This document shows positions 13,542-27,522 of a DNA stretch of 64,000 nt, in pieces. The translations under genes were made by a program, and so were the position numbers. The stretch is taken from assembly GCA_964188305.1 (NCBI GenBank), contig OZ076895.1. One strand, written 5' to 3'. Under the pieces are notes generated by a model. The model was not told the origin of the DNA and did not search any database. It saw nothing but the letters and a program-made list of their open reading frames with translations. Positions within the stretch are counted from its first letter, which is position 1; each line of letters starts with the position of its first letter. Source of the stretch: Podarcis bocagei. Lineage: Eukaryota.

Positions 13542-13621
<80 letters not shown>
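13542..13621. repeat. Compound microsatellite (GT)n(GA)n
   Basis: Seen directly. Confidence 0.98.
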
Positions 13622-13625
<4 letters not shown>

Positions 13626-14329
13626 AAACGTGGGTTATGTATGAGGGTATGGCCCTTCCCTCTGCTGACGCATGGACTCTGGATGGTTAGCAGTGAAGGA
13701 GTGTGGACCTTGGAGTCAGAAAGCTTCCTCCTTCCTGAATTATAGAATCATAGAACAGGAAGGGACTTCAAAGGTAATCCAGTCTAGCTTCCTTGATAGC
13801 TTACAATGGAGGTCCAGGCATCACCATCATCATCATGCCACTTTTCATTCAGTGAATACCAAAGCAATTCACAATAATAACAACTGCAAGAGACAATAAT
13901 AGAAAAATCTGAACAGAGGAGAGGTGCAAAGAGCTTTCCTCTGTGACTGAATGTGGTGGTGACTGATGCAGGTGCCCTTCTACCTCTTGACTGGGGGGGG
14001 GGGGAGAGATGCCTAAGTAATTTTGTGGTCCTTTCACTTTTTCTACTCTTTTAGATGTGGCAGCCATTTTTTGTTGTGCCACACTCCATAGCAGCCTTTT
14101 TGGGACACACCCACGGAACTTCCTCAAAATTCCAGATATGGCCACTGGCCCCCCAACATTGGCACCCTCTGCAGTAATCCATACTTCATAGTTAATGTAT
14201 GTTGAAAACAATACAGGGGGTAACACTTTGAAACTGCAGGGGTTATGCAAGGTCGGGGAAAATAAGGGAAATCAAGTTTGTTTTTGTTTTTTTAATGCAG
14301 TGTTTTCTTACAGCCTTGAGGTGCTATAG

Positions 14330-14466
14330 CAGGGATGGGAACCTATGACTCTCCAGATGCTGTTGGACTACAATTCCCATTATCTCTGACAATCCAAGAT
14401 CCTGGCTGGGGCTAATGAAAGTTAAGAGTCAACAAGGCCTGAAGTAGCACAGGTTCTCCACCTCTG
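14330..14466. mobile_element. Palindromic hAT MITE copy
   Basis: CAGGGATGGGAACCT...TCCAGATGCTGTTGGACTACAATTCCCAT...AGGTTCTCCACCTCTG. Confidence 0.75.
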
Positions 14467-15169
14467 CAATGCATTACATCATGAAACTAGTTTAAAACTC
14501 CTACAAGATAAATGAACACTGAATTTGGGAAGTGTTTTCTAATCCAGACAGGAAACAAGCATCAGTGATAATAGATAGCACACTATCAACATCATTATGT
14601 AGAACATAAAAAGTGGAGTGACAGTTTAGTTGAAATTCGTTGTCAGAGATTCATGATGAGGACATGGTAGATCCTCTCCATCTCAAATTCCTGTCAGAAG
14701 GAATATATCAAAAGGGGGTATTGTGGACACACAATGGCTTCTAGTTCACTGAGCAATGTGGTTGCATATCTTGGGACATTCAGCACACTGGAGGCAACAT
14801 GAGTTATGCATGTCAGCATTTGGAAGATGAAATATTCTTCCTTCATATAGACTTTTGTATAGACAGGCTCGACTCCAAGTTTGTTTGGGCCCTTGGCTGC
14901 AAGGAAATTGGTGGATCCCCTTCCCCTTGGCCATTTAGTGCCACCCGTAGCTATAGCAATTCCCATTTAAGCTCACAATTGGGCAAAAATGTATGAGAAC
15001 TTACTAAGCTAAATTACAGATGAAGGGAGTTTCTGCCTGTTTTGCTTACTGGCTCTTGTGTGTTTCAGAGCTTTGTGATAGGTAGAGAAGCAACAGGTGC
15101 AGCATTTGAGTGTGTGATGCATCAGTGTAGAAGGAAAACATCCCTCACTGGATTTCTTGGTGCCCTCCA

Positions 15170-15348
15170 GCCGTAGCTCAGTGGTAGAGCATCTGTTTTG
15201 TGTGCAGACAGGGCCAGTTTGCTCCTCAGCTCCCTCAGGTAGGGCTGGGAAAGACTCTGAAACCCTGGAGAGCCACAACCATCATAGATAATACTGAGCT
15301 AGATGGACCATTGGGCAGACTCGTATAAGGTAGCTTTGTAAGTTCCTA
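15170..15348 (+). mobile_element. tRNA-derived squamate SINE (Squam3-like)
   Basis: A-box head TAGCTCAGTGGTAGAGCA and body GGTAGGGCTGGGAAAGAC...CTGAGCTAGATGGACCA. The family name is from recollection. Confidence 0.8.
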
Positions 15349-18300
15349 ATAACAACAAACTTCTCATTAGAAGACAATAATGAAAGAAATGAGGAGCAGA
15401 TCAAGTGGCAAACAAACAAAAGTAAAAGAAAGCTTCTTTTCTTCTCACAAAGGCAGTAGTCTTTCGATTGAACCCCTAAACTTACTTATTTACCAGAGAG
15501 TACATTTTACAGAACACACTGGGACCTTCTCCTGAATAAAAGTATTTGGGATTGGGTTGAGGATTGATTGAGATGTAAGTAACACGCTACAGTTGGGCAG
15601 CCGTGTGAGCAAAAGAAAATAACTCCAGATATCTTATCCACAATGACTTTCATTAACTCACATTAAACAGGACTTTAGCGAGGGATTTATAGAGACAATA
15701 ATAATAACCAAAATGGTAGATGAAATATTAACCAACTGTTTTTTCATAGGTCGGGGGGGGGGAGTAACCAAACTTCAAATTTCTAGGGTGTTTGGAAAAC
15801 GATTGAATTGGGAGCTCTGGCATTCTGATAATTGCAGAATGCCTGTGTTTGTTTGTTTTTTGTATTTTGAAAAGCTGTATTTTCAAAACTTATCATAGCC
15901 ACATTCCTTCCCTGCAATCATATTGTTGCCAATTTTGTTGTTTTATTTAGATATTGCTGATAGCACCATGAACATCAGAAATCAATAATATTATATTTAG
16001 CTGTTGAAATCAAATATTGCCTATCATGTTCCTTCTAAGGAGTTTGAATAAGCCCTGAGATTATCTGCACCTAGCAAAACAGTAGTACTGCTTTATGGAA
16101 ACTCAAAACCACAGCCTTGTACTAGAGCTTAAGTCAGCACTAATTTAGTCCACAGCAGATATGATAAAACTAGACAAAACTGCAACATAAACACCTCCTG
16201 CACCAAACATTTACCTCTGCTGAATATCCCCCAGATGCAAACTTCCTTGTTAAATTGCCATGTAAAATTCTGTTCACTGTTTAAAGACAAACTTTAAAAA
16301 GCGACACTTTCATTTTAAAAAGCTGCTTCCCCTCTGTGTCTAGAAGAGCAGCTATAGCTAAATAATGCTGCATCTTTTCTATTTGGCCTCACAAATAACT
16401 TACCAAATAATGTAAACTGATTCTGGTTTTTCCAAGACATTGGCTTCAATTATATGAACGTAAACGTATCCTTTGTGTATCTGAAGAAGTGTGCAAGCAC
16501 ATGCAAGCCTATACCAAGAACAAACTTAGGTGATCTATAAGGTGCCACTGGACATTTTTTTTTATATGTTTATTCTTTGGAATGTTACACTTTGATGTTT
16601 CTTTAGAACACATTTGTTCTTACTTTTTAAAGTGAGTTCAGAATAATAATTGATGGTTAAATTGGCCCAAGACATTTTGCTGCCTGAGGCAAAAAAGATG
16701 ACCCACACACACCAACTGCAGGCAGGTGTGGCTTGCACAGTGGAGCAGAGCTGCCACAATAGCTTCTGGGTAGCAGTATCACTTGCCACACACTGGTAGG
16801 GGTGAGGGACCAGCAAGGCTGGGGCTGTGTGGATGCATAGGTGGGAACACTGGATTGGCTCTGCCAGTGTGGCTGCACAGCCCCAACCTTGCTGCCATCT
16901 TGCCCCTTCCCATCCCTGTAAGCAGCAGTGATGCTGCTATCTGGAAGCTATCTTTGCTGCATCACCCTGTCAGGTAAATGCATAGAATTATGAACTGTTC
17001 CTGATTCCGTGTTCAGAAGTGGACTGGACTAGCAGTGGAATTCTACTTCAATATTGGCATCCTCCACTGCACCTGAGGACAACAGGCCTAAGTGCAGGGG
17101 TTGCATGACAAGCCACATGACACACCCAGTTCTGTCTTCCAACAGAGGAGAGAGAAGGGTGTTGAGAAGGAATCGTTGAATGGTGGTGGCTCCCATTACT
17201 CTAATTCCAGCATCTGCTGCCCAGTGGTGGAGTTGGCCATGTTCCCAGAAGCAGTTTTGCATGTTTTGCATTCATAAGTGCCTTCTCTCTTGTTTTTAAT
17301 AAATCTGCATGGAAATCTGCATTCTTTGTTACTTATTTCCTCACAGGACGCACATTTTTTGACATATCTTTAGATAAAATATACTTTTTATCCTAAAATA
17401 TACAATTTTGTGTAGACTTTGGCCTAAACAACACAATTTAATAGGCTTTTTGGTAGTTCTTTGAGCTGAGAACAGTACCACAATGTTTGGAGTTGTGTCA
17501 CAATCAAAGGATAACTTTGTTTCAATTTGTACATCTGGTTGCTTTGCTTAAAAAATGCAAATGAAACAGAATTCTTAAGCATTCCTAGCTCAGAACATCT
17601 GAGAGTTCCTAAAAACCCACCTTCTACGTATGACCTATTAGCAAGAGGACATACTTGCTTTCCCATGTTGTTCCATTTGAAAGTGTTAAGGTACTCTAAT
17701 CTGCAATGGGTCCTGAGGCATTCACCCTTTGTGTCAGAGGTGAAGAACCTCAGGCCTAGGAGCCATGTGCGGTCTTCCAGGCCTATCAGATTCACAGGAC
17801 TCTCCCTAAGCCACACCCACTCCCTGGTCACATACCCTCTTCACAGGCCACACACCTCACTGGCCCTGCTCCACACCCTCATTGAGTGTTTTTGCCTCGG
17901 TAGAATGTGTTGTTGAACTCTGGTGATGCCTCGTTCTTGCCTGGAGGGTGGGTGGGTGGTGGGGTATGAGCGTCGGTAGAAATTAACCCACTAGGCAAAG
18001 GAAGTTTTACATTTATTCCTCTGCACACTTTCCCCTCTGGCCCTGCTCATCTCTGGCGCGTGGTTTCTGGAAGATTGTCCAGAAGGAAATGCAGCCTTTG
18101 GGTGGAAAAAGATTCTGCCTCCTTGCTTTATGTCATCATCAAACTCTGGCACAAAAGAGGACGCCACCAGCAGAGAAGCCTTGTGAACTTTCATAATGGC
18201 ACTATGTGACAAGATGCAACACCCCCTAAAAGCTTCCCTATTTGGGGTCTTCCTGCTGTTTCTGCCACGGAATTGTCTCTGCCTCACCATGCCCAGCCTT

Positions 18301-19753
18301 CCCTCCAGCCTCTAGTTCCCTGGCCTGGCAAAAGTACTATGATGACCTGGTATGCACCAGGCCCTGATAGGTAGCTAAGGCTTTCTGGGGGGAAGAGGAA
18401 GCCGCTTTCCTACTTTTTCACTAATTTTCCCAGTTCTGCTGCAGCAGAGTCACAAATTCTTTTCATAGCCAGCCCTTTTCCTGGCCCTTTAAGGCTTATT
18501 GCACTTGCAGGTATTACAGGCTCAAAATGAATTGGTCCAAATCACTAGTTATTAGGGGCAGAAATGAGGCTATTCTTGGGGGGGGGGGTGTTTTCTGATA
18601 GAATAATTTCTGTGCAAAAATAAGGCATTTTCTTCAGTCTCTTCCTTCACTCCTCTAGGCCCCATGGGTACGTGAGTGGCAGCTGGTTCCCTTCAATGTT
18701 ACAAACACAAAACCTGCAGACTGGGGATGAATATTTATGTGTGTTCCTGTCAAGTTTGCAGCCAAAGATCTCAGGGTTTTGGTATCATATGGATCTTTGC
18801 ATTTAATTTTCAAGATTTCTCTGCACTGGACTGCAGAGCTGGATCTGGTGCCTGGGGGATGGGAGTGGTTGCAAGTCGCAGAGGTACAATTGACATTGAT
18901 TGAACAATTAGCAATACTTTAAAAAGATGCTGGAAGTCATATCTTCAAGATTTGGATTCTACAGCCCTAGGAACATGAGGTGGCTCAGTGTATTGGCAAA
19001 CATGCATGTAGCCTATTGTTGGTTATTCCTAGTGTAGCGACGCAGCTCGGGCTGAGAGTGCTGGGATCATGGATTTAGTCTGCACTTTATATATGGTAAT
19101 AAAATGTGGAATGATACTTTGAAACACATGTGATCCCACACCCCTTCCCACACCCACCTACCCACTACTGTGCAGAGTAAAGCACATTTAAGTACTATTG
19201 ATTTCGGAATGGCTTACAGGTACAAAGCCTTCTTTGCCTTTCTAAAAGGTTTTTATTTTGTCCCTTTGGAATGGATTCTTGTGTTCTGTGCAATGTACCT
19301 TATCAGGCTTCTCATGTCTAAGTTTTTTTAATGTCCTGTATTCCAGTAAATGTTTTTTCCCCATCCATCTATTAGCAGCACAGAAACACTCGTGCCATCC
19401 TTAGTATTCCTTAATGCACATTTCTGCACAGTACTGGTGGGGATTACCGTATACCTATTCTGCCAGCAGAAGGTATTGGTATTACCACAGAAAAATGTAC
19501 CACCCCTGCTGGTAAGGATCACAGCTATTTTCAAAGAGCTCTAAGTTTTGAACTATATGTACACATTGGCAGTCTGATTTTTTTACAGTAGGAAGTGATG
19601 GTGTATACTTAGGGATGCCATACGTCTGGATTTCCCCAGACATATACGGAATACTTTTCTGTCCAGATTTTCACTGTTTGAAATATGGCAACCCTAGTAA
19701 GAGAAGTTTACTGTGTGTGCACCGCATGGGTCCATAGTTTATATGGTTACAAG

Positions 19754-20050
19754 CAGAGGCGTCGCAAGGTGGGTGTGTTGGGTGCTGTCTGCCCCAGGTG
19801 CCATCTCTGAGGGGGGTGACAAAATGCTGTGCGGCACTCAACGTCTGTGAGAGACGGTGTGACTTTTGCGTGTGTAGGCTTCCTGCTGCCGAAGCATTCC
19901 CCAGAAAAGCTCAACAATTCTGGCTCCCCCAAAACGAGTCAAACCATTATTGCATGCTGGCTAAATAAATAAATAAAAATAAAATTCAATGGGGGAGGGG
20001 TTACAAAACATTTTCCACACCGGGTACCACCTAACCTTGCTACGCCAATG
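19754..20050. mobile_element. Non-autonomous hAT transposon
   Basis: Perfect 8-bp TSD GTTACAAG (19746-19753, 20051-20058) and imperfect TIRs CAGAGGCGTCGCAAGGT / ACCTTGCTACGCCAATG. Confidence 0.9.
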
Positions 20051-22685
20051 GTTACAAGTTTGTGGGGTTCCTGGACTCCCCTCCTAATTCTGGGGTGCCA
20101 GATATTGAATGAGAGACAGACTTTGGTAATCTTTCATCATAGCTCAGGTGGTATATATTTGTCAATAAACCATATTATCATAAAGACACCACACTCTCCA
20201 CCATGCCTCATTCCTAAAGGAAACACAAACCCCGGGTAAGTGCCTGACCCCTGGAATCTCGCACTGCTCAGAGATTGGGGTGGTGTGATATTTTTGCTAC
20301 AATATCAATATCAGGTTTGACTGTTAAGCATCTTTCACTGTCTCCTTCATTGTGCCCGTTATTAGATTGGCAAAAGTAGCTACTAAGCCACGCAAAATGC
20401 CTCTCTGCAGCAGTGAGGAGGGAATTTTCCATTTACTTGAAAGCCCTTGGCATAATTTCCACCTCTTAATGCTGATTTTGGGCCCCTGGCTTACATCAAG
20501 ACTCACTTTTCCCACCACTACTTCTCTGTGTATGGATTTTAAGGAGTTTTCGTAATTGTCAGTGCTAAAGTTTACTGCTCATAAAACCCCAGAAAGCATT
20601 GATTGTGACTTGGGTAAACCAAGTAGCATATAAAATCTTACAGCAGTTCAGCCTGAAAAGAGTTTTATGAGGGATGAATTTACCAGGAGCAGCAAGGGGC
20701 CTGCAAGATGGCTGCCATCCCATTTTCTACCCTTTTCTGCCAAAATAAAATAAGAGGAGTGAGAGTGAGATGTTCTCTGTACTGTAGCCATCAGTTAAAC
20801 TTTGCTGCCTTTAGATATGGTCTGTTCAATACATTGTGGAATGAGGAGCATCACTTCAAATGAAGGGAGATGCCAGCAGTCCTAGAAAAGATTTGGAAGC
20901 ATCTTCGAAACAAATAGCTTTGTGAGTCTGCTACTGAAAAAAGTAACCAAGTGTCTTGCGGTACCTGAAAGATTAAAAGGTGTATTATGGCATAAGTCTT
21001 AATGGACTAGAATTCACTTTGACAGATGCATGAAGTGTTATATTCAGTTGTGTGGCCACACATGCACATGTGGGTGGAGGTTGTAGATGGAGCCATATTC
21101 CCATGAGCTGCAAAAAGTGCGGTCTGTGAAAATTCTGTGTGAAGCTTAAGATAAGATAAGTGACCATTCATAACACAAGTAATTGGGGATAACACAATCA
21201 CCCTAGCTTTGCTATGTTAATTAACACCTGTTGTATGCCTGGAAGGTAGAAATTATTGTCTCATAGCCAAAACAGACAATAATTGCATGGATTACAAATT
21301 TTTGAAAAATTGCCACCCAGCATGGAAGGAGGGTGTGTGTTTTATTGGAACCACAATGCACAAAGAGAGGACAATTAACTATTTCCTCCCCACTCACAGA
21401 ACACCACCATTAAACTGCAATCAGCATTGGAAGCAAGCTCCATTAGTGCCAATGGGAACCTTTTTATAATGTTAATTGTGGTGGAGGGCCATTTTTGTCA
21501 GACTCATGGATGGGGAAGGATTAAAACTTTGCTGTCCCAATGAAAATGATTAAATTCCATACAAGTATTGTTGGGATATCTGAGAAATGAGACAGGACCA
21601 AAGCAACTAGATCCTCTAGGCAATTTCTGTTCCCATTTTCCATTTCAATCATCTCTGGTTTAGTTTCATTCTTCATTTCATTGTCAGTTCCTTCTAATCT
21701 TGTCAATTTTGTATCTATTTTTCCTCTAATACTTCTATTTTTCATTAAATGACTTTTGTTTGCTCTGTAATCATCTGCTTGAGAATGTCCACAGTAAGCA
21801 AGGACCCTGAAGATCTCTTTCTTTCTTGCAGTTCTTCCATAAGATCAGGAAAAAATTGCAATACATTAGAACATACAATAATTTGAAACACTAAAACAGA
21901 TTAAATTTCACATTGTGGTATGTTCTGGGTAGGAACCAGGACAATGTAGATATATGAGAGGTGTTCAGCATTTTTTCAGTATACAGTGGTGATTATGTAT
22001 ATGACCATTACCGGACACAGTATTTGCCCATAGTGAACCTGCTGCATGGAATGCTCTTGTCTCATCTCGATGGTGGGGTCAAAACTTATTGAAGTGGAAT
22101 TTCTCAAGGGTCTTCTGACTGGGTCTAGATAATGATGTCCTCAATGAAGAGGAGGGTACAGAAGCTTGAAGAAGTGTTGTTCTGAATCAGCCACAGAGCA
22201 TATTATTAAACAACGTGAATACTCACAGCAGTGCTTTTGACTGGATGATGTATGGAAACTATTCAACATATCAAATTAAGACGGGGATTAGAATCCCCTT
22301 TACTCAAAATCCATTATGTGAAGAAAGTGAAGGCAGCAGAGGGAATTAACGCAGACATACTTATTCTGCAGGGGGCTCGTGGATATGGAAAATACTTCCC
22401 AGAAGTATTTGTAAACTTCTGTCTTCGCCTTTAGGAAAATGTGCCAAACATTCTTAAGAAATCATTATCTTGCATTAACATTTTTGATTCATGAACTTAT
22501 AACTTGAAACTCTTGCAATAGAGCACACTCTCTCTTTGAGAAATTATTTCCATAAAGTGCTACAATGTTTAGTAGGAAGACGAGTCACTGTATTTTTTCA
22601 ATTCCACTTCAATGCCAGGCAATTTTAAATTTACATAAATTAAAATGGATGATACATATGGATCTCACTGATTTAGATTGTAGAC

Positions 22686-22817
22686 CAGATATAGGGAACT
22701 TTTGGAGTTCCAGATGTTGCTGAAGTTCACCTCCAATCATTCCTGGTCACCAGCTCTGCTTGTTGGGACTTGAAGTTCAGCAACATCGGGGGGGGGGGCA
22801 AAAGTTTCCTACACCTG
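22686..22817. mobile_element. Palindromic hAT MITE copy
   Basis: Inverted ends AGGGAACTTT / AAAGTTTCCT and a degenerate 8-bp TSD TTGTAGAC/TTTCAGAC. Confidence 0.7.
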
Positions 22818-23348
22818 TTTCAGACCATGCCAGCTATTCAGAGAATCATTAGGACCAAGTAGGCTTTCAGATGATGTTGCTAGTTTTAGTTCCAGTGTAA
22901 TTATGGTGCTCCTTCTGTATCAGCTGTATTTTTCTATATTCTTTATTTATTATTACCTTTGGGTCCCAGAAGAGAATTGCAAGTAAAATGTCGGTCATGA
23001 TCATGAGTGGAAGGGAGTTTGTATATGCTAAAGACTCATGAGGTTGCATGTAATATAGTGTACTTCTGTTTACAAACATGCATTGCACTCCCCACTGCAC
23101 ACACAATGAGACCCCAACAAGTATGAGCCAGGCCATTCAGTTTTGGGGAAGAGTTTCCCCCGCTCACTGTACCAATATCCTCAAATGCAGCAGTTTACTT
23201 TCCTCCCTAGAAAAAAAATGGCAGCAATCAATTTATATAGGAGAAAGTAAAAAGGTGGACTAATGGATATTGTTATGCATGTCTAAACTTGCTCCCTGAC
23301 ACTGGTAACGCCAGTGGACTCAACCAATGGGAATCATGAGCATTCTAC

Positions 23349-23497
23349 ATAGAATCATAGAATTGTAGAGTTGGAAAGGACCCTGAGGATCATTTCAGTC
23401 CAACTCTCTGCAATGCAGGAATATACAGCTGTTCCATATGGGGACCAAACCTGCAACCTTGACATTATCATACTCTCTAAACAACTGAGCTATCCAG
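23349..23497 (-). mobile_element. Second, more decayed copy of the tRNA-Ile/CR1-tail SINE
   Basis: Colinear with 8223-8365 (AGAATCATAGAATTGTAGAGTTGGAA...CAACTGAGCTA). Confidence 0.8.
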
Positions 23498-24069
23498 GAT
23501 GTCTAAGCCTAATTATACTTGCATAGCTGCATCTCTTCATCTACATACCACTATTATAAGTTAGAATGTTCTTTTGTGTGTAGATTTTTTAAAAATGGCT
23601 AGTCATTCCATCCGCCATCTCAGGATTGGCAATCACATTTGAAGTAGAAAATATTCTTCTATTTAGGGAAATATTTTGTTCTGTGTCAGCTTTAAAACAA
23701 ATATTACAGTTGAAATACATTGTATGTAGTTGCAAATGCAGCAGGTGATTTCACTGTTTCCCCTGCTTTGGTTTTAATAGTGGAATCACTGTACCGCTTT
23801 TTAACTCAGCCTCTTGTCTCTTTGGCAGTATAAAGTGTTGCAGTGAAAATATCAAATAAAGCTACTGCATCGTGCATGGTTCTCCTTCATGAACATGTAT
23901 AGCTTTCTTGGATTACAGTTCTTATGCATGGCATGCTGTGGCCTGGTTGCCAACATGCCATTAAAGCTCTGAAATAACTACCAACTTGATATCCCAGAAA
24001 ATCTGGTTCTCTCTCAAATAACCACTGAGAAAACAACTTGAGAGCTTTTCTTTCTCTCTTTTTCTCCAG

Positions 24070-24230
24070 TTCCAAAACCCAAATGCTTTCTCACCACCTT
24101 TCCGCTTTGGGACAGTTCCTAATGGCAGTACAGAGAGGAACATTCGCAACAATTACGAACTGATGCACGCCTACATGGTGAAGTTCAACCAAAGATCGGT
24201 GGGAGATGCGCTATCCTCATTAAAGACAGG
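24070..24230 (+). CDS. GRIN2B: GluN2B coding exon (S2 ligand-binding lobe): [54 protein letters not shown]
   Basis: Not in the ORF track; translated by hand. Long pyrimidine tract and CAG ending at 24069, GTAAGA donor at 24231, 161 bp, contains [14 protein letters not shown]. Confidence 0.98.
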
Positions 24231-26124
24231 GTAAGATTGCCTCTTCTAAGGTTGCTAATGTAAACCTGTGTGTGTAATTCTCTTGGGATTTGAAGAACCT
24301 TCTCCCTAATATTCCTGCTGCTAAAACATTGCATGTAATCCATGTACCACAACGTTGTCAAGAACAATTTATCTCATCCATTATTATTATTTTTTGTTCT
24401 TTTTGACTAGATACCGTATGTGCAAGTAATATAGCAATGATTCTTCCCCTTCTTGCATCAATGCAGACTTTCTGAAAAGCAGATTAGCTGGTGGAAATAT
24501 TGCCGTAAGCTGCAATGCAATAGTTGTGGCTAGACATCACCTAAAATTCTTTATTATTGAAATAACTATGATATTATCTTAATCCCTAATGTTAATTGCT
24601 ATATAGTAAGTTGGGGATCCTAACCACTTTTAAATGAGGGCTGAATCTTTTCCATGGTAAACACACACATACTATACTTGTGTAAACTCACAGGTAGCCC
24701 TATTCCATTGATTCAGCTCATGTTCTGTATCAGCGTATGAACTGGGAGCAGAACTACACTGACTAACCTTGCTCTTGATGTCACAGGTGTTTTATGAAGG
24801 AGTCTAGATCATCAGTGACAGAATAGCAATCATCTGAGGAAAAACCAGTTGTGGAGAATTACAGCACCTCTTTGGGGTCTTCTGTGTTCAATAGCTGTCA
24901 TTTTTGCATACAACGAATATATTTCCATTATGCCTTTGGCATCTGCACATAAAGCACAAATGTCTGCAAGGAAGAGGCCTTCACATGTCATGCTGTGCCT
25001 CAAAGGCTTCCTCCTTGCAGATGTGGATACTAGGGTACAGCTAGTTGGTGCACATTTTATAATGGGAGAGGGTAAGGGCCCCACTTATGCTTTGCTGCAA
25101 GGCATGATTCAGGTTGCCTGAATAGAACTTTTAAATTCTTGGGTGCCAGGGAACCATGACTGAACCATTTTGCAAAGGCTCCATACAACTTCTGCACCTA
25201 TGTAACTGGTTTGCCATGTGACTTAAGTTATTTCTCAACAAATTTCTTTTTGGGTGCAGCTGCTGCTGTCCCAGAAACCTTCTGACCCACCTGGCGAGCT
25301 ATGATTTTTCCATTACATTTGAGGTTATTAATTCCTTTCTCCTCTTCCTCCTCTACATTGCCCAGAAATCAGATTATTCTACTGGTGGAGGGAGGACTGC
25401 CTATACGCAGTTTGTTCCCTGGAGAATGCAAATTAAAGTTTTTATTTGTCATGCTAGGCTGCTACTCACCTGATAACCTGTAACAAATAAGGATAATTTC
25501 CAGGTGACCAGACAGGGCAGCTTTGGGTCTATTTTTCTTGTTGGGGGGGGGAGGGAATATCACTATGCCACCCTTTCTACTCATATAAAGACAAACTACA
25601 CATTATGTAAATCCATGTGGAAATATTTGAGCAATGAAGACAGGAAATGCTTCATGGTGCAAACAGAACAAGGCAGCAATTCTATCTCTGAATGCTTCAA
25701 AATGTAGCTGGTGCAAACACACCCTTATTGCTGGGACTAGTAATTTATTTTTCTGATTGGGCACTGATTCTTTTTCTTCTTTCTTTCTTTTGAGGTTAGT
25801 GGGACCCCATAAAGCTAAATTTACTGCCCTCATAGGGAGACATAACTTGATCTCCTAACCACTTGTCATCTTTAAAGATGCCTATGGGATTCTTCCCATA
25901 AGCAGGGGTCCTGGCTGAAGCTAATTTGAGTTAATTTTGGCTAATGCTATCTTTCCAGCTGCTTGGTTGGGGAAATAGTCTGCTTTGCTTTCTTAATTCA
26001 TGACATAGTTGTGGTAGGAATGCTGCTGAATTCACAAGCTGAAGAAGAAAGCATTGTTCAGTCATAAATGAAATGGTTTACACGGGCTGCATAGGCATCT
26101 TTAAATCAAAGTTAACTAAATTGT

Positions 26125-26235
26125 AGCCCTCCAAATGTTGCTAGACTCCCATCATCTCTGACCATCGCCATACTGCCTGCACCTAATGGGAGCTGCAATC
26201 CACCAATGTTTGGAGAGCTACAGTTTAGCACCCTG
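26125..26235. mobile_element. Palindromic hAT MITE copy, partial
   Basis: GCCCTCCAAATGTTGCTAGACTCCCATCATCTCTGACCA core shared with 50748-50883. Confidence 0.65.
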
Positions 26236-26403
26236 TTTAGATCCATTGGAAGATGCTACGGATTTGTGTGGTGATGCTACAACCTGCCCTCATCTCAATG
26301 TTTATTGTGCCCAAGCAATTGTTCAGCCTGGCTTCCTCTGTGGTTGGTTACCTGAGGTCACATGGGAGTTCTTAACTTCCTTCAGCATCACATAATGATT
26401 TAG

Positions 26404-26652
<249 letters not shown>

Positions 26653-26950
26653 TGATCTGGATGAGGAACTAGGAATGCGCCTCCATGAGTGAAGCTATTA
26701 TTCCCTACTTACCACTAATTCTAAGACAACAACAACAACTAGTCAGCAGCAATGCTATCATTTTTTTGTTACTCACCCGTACTATGAACTTCTGGTGTAT
26801 AGTGGCTATTCTATTTTGTAGCTATTATTTATTTATTAAAAATAAGTTTATATGTGGACCCATCACCCCACTGCCCCAGTATAGTTTTCAGGCTAGGTTA
26901 ATCCAACATAAGTGGAAATGAAATTTGAGGACTGGAGGGTTAGGGAGGAT

Positions 26951-27087
26951 CAGTTCTATTTTTCTAGAAAAAGAGGTGCCAGAACTCACCATGAATGCCT
27001 CCCTTCTTCTCTTAGAATGGCAATGACACCCACCAGAGAGGTGCGGGAACTGAGCTCCAGTGAGTTTCAGCTGAAAAACAAGCCCTG
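26951..27087. mobile_element. hAT MITE inside the 525-bp intron
   Basis: Perfect 8-bp TSD GGGAGGAT (26943-26950, 27088-27095); a homologous copy lies at 61570-61704. Confidence 0.9.
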
Positions 27088-27141
27088 GGGAGGATCTTTC
27101 ATTTCTAAATAGTAGATCATAAGAGGAAAAGCTGCGCTTAA

Positions 27142-27522
<381 letters not shown>

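Noticed and set aside
13539-13745. ORFs with VCVC/ERER/SLSL/PSFL runs (also 28088, 34785, 49921)
   Set aside because: Translations of microsatellites.
15172-15240. tRNA gene
   Set aside because: Only the A-box half is intact and it continues into a SINE body; it is a SINE head.
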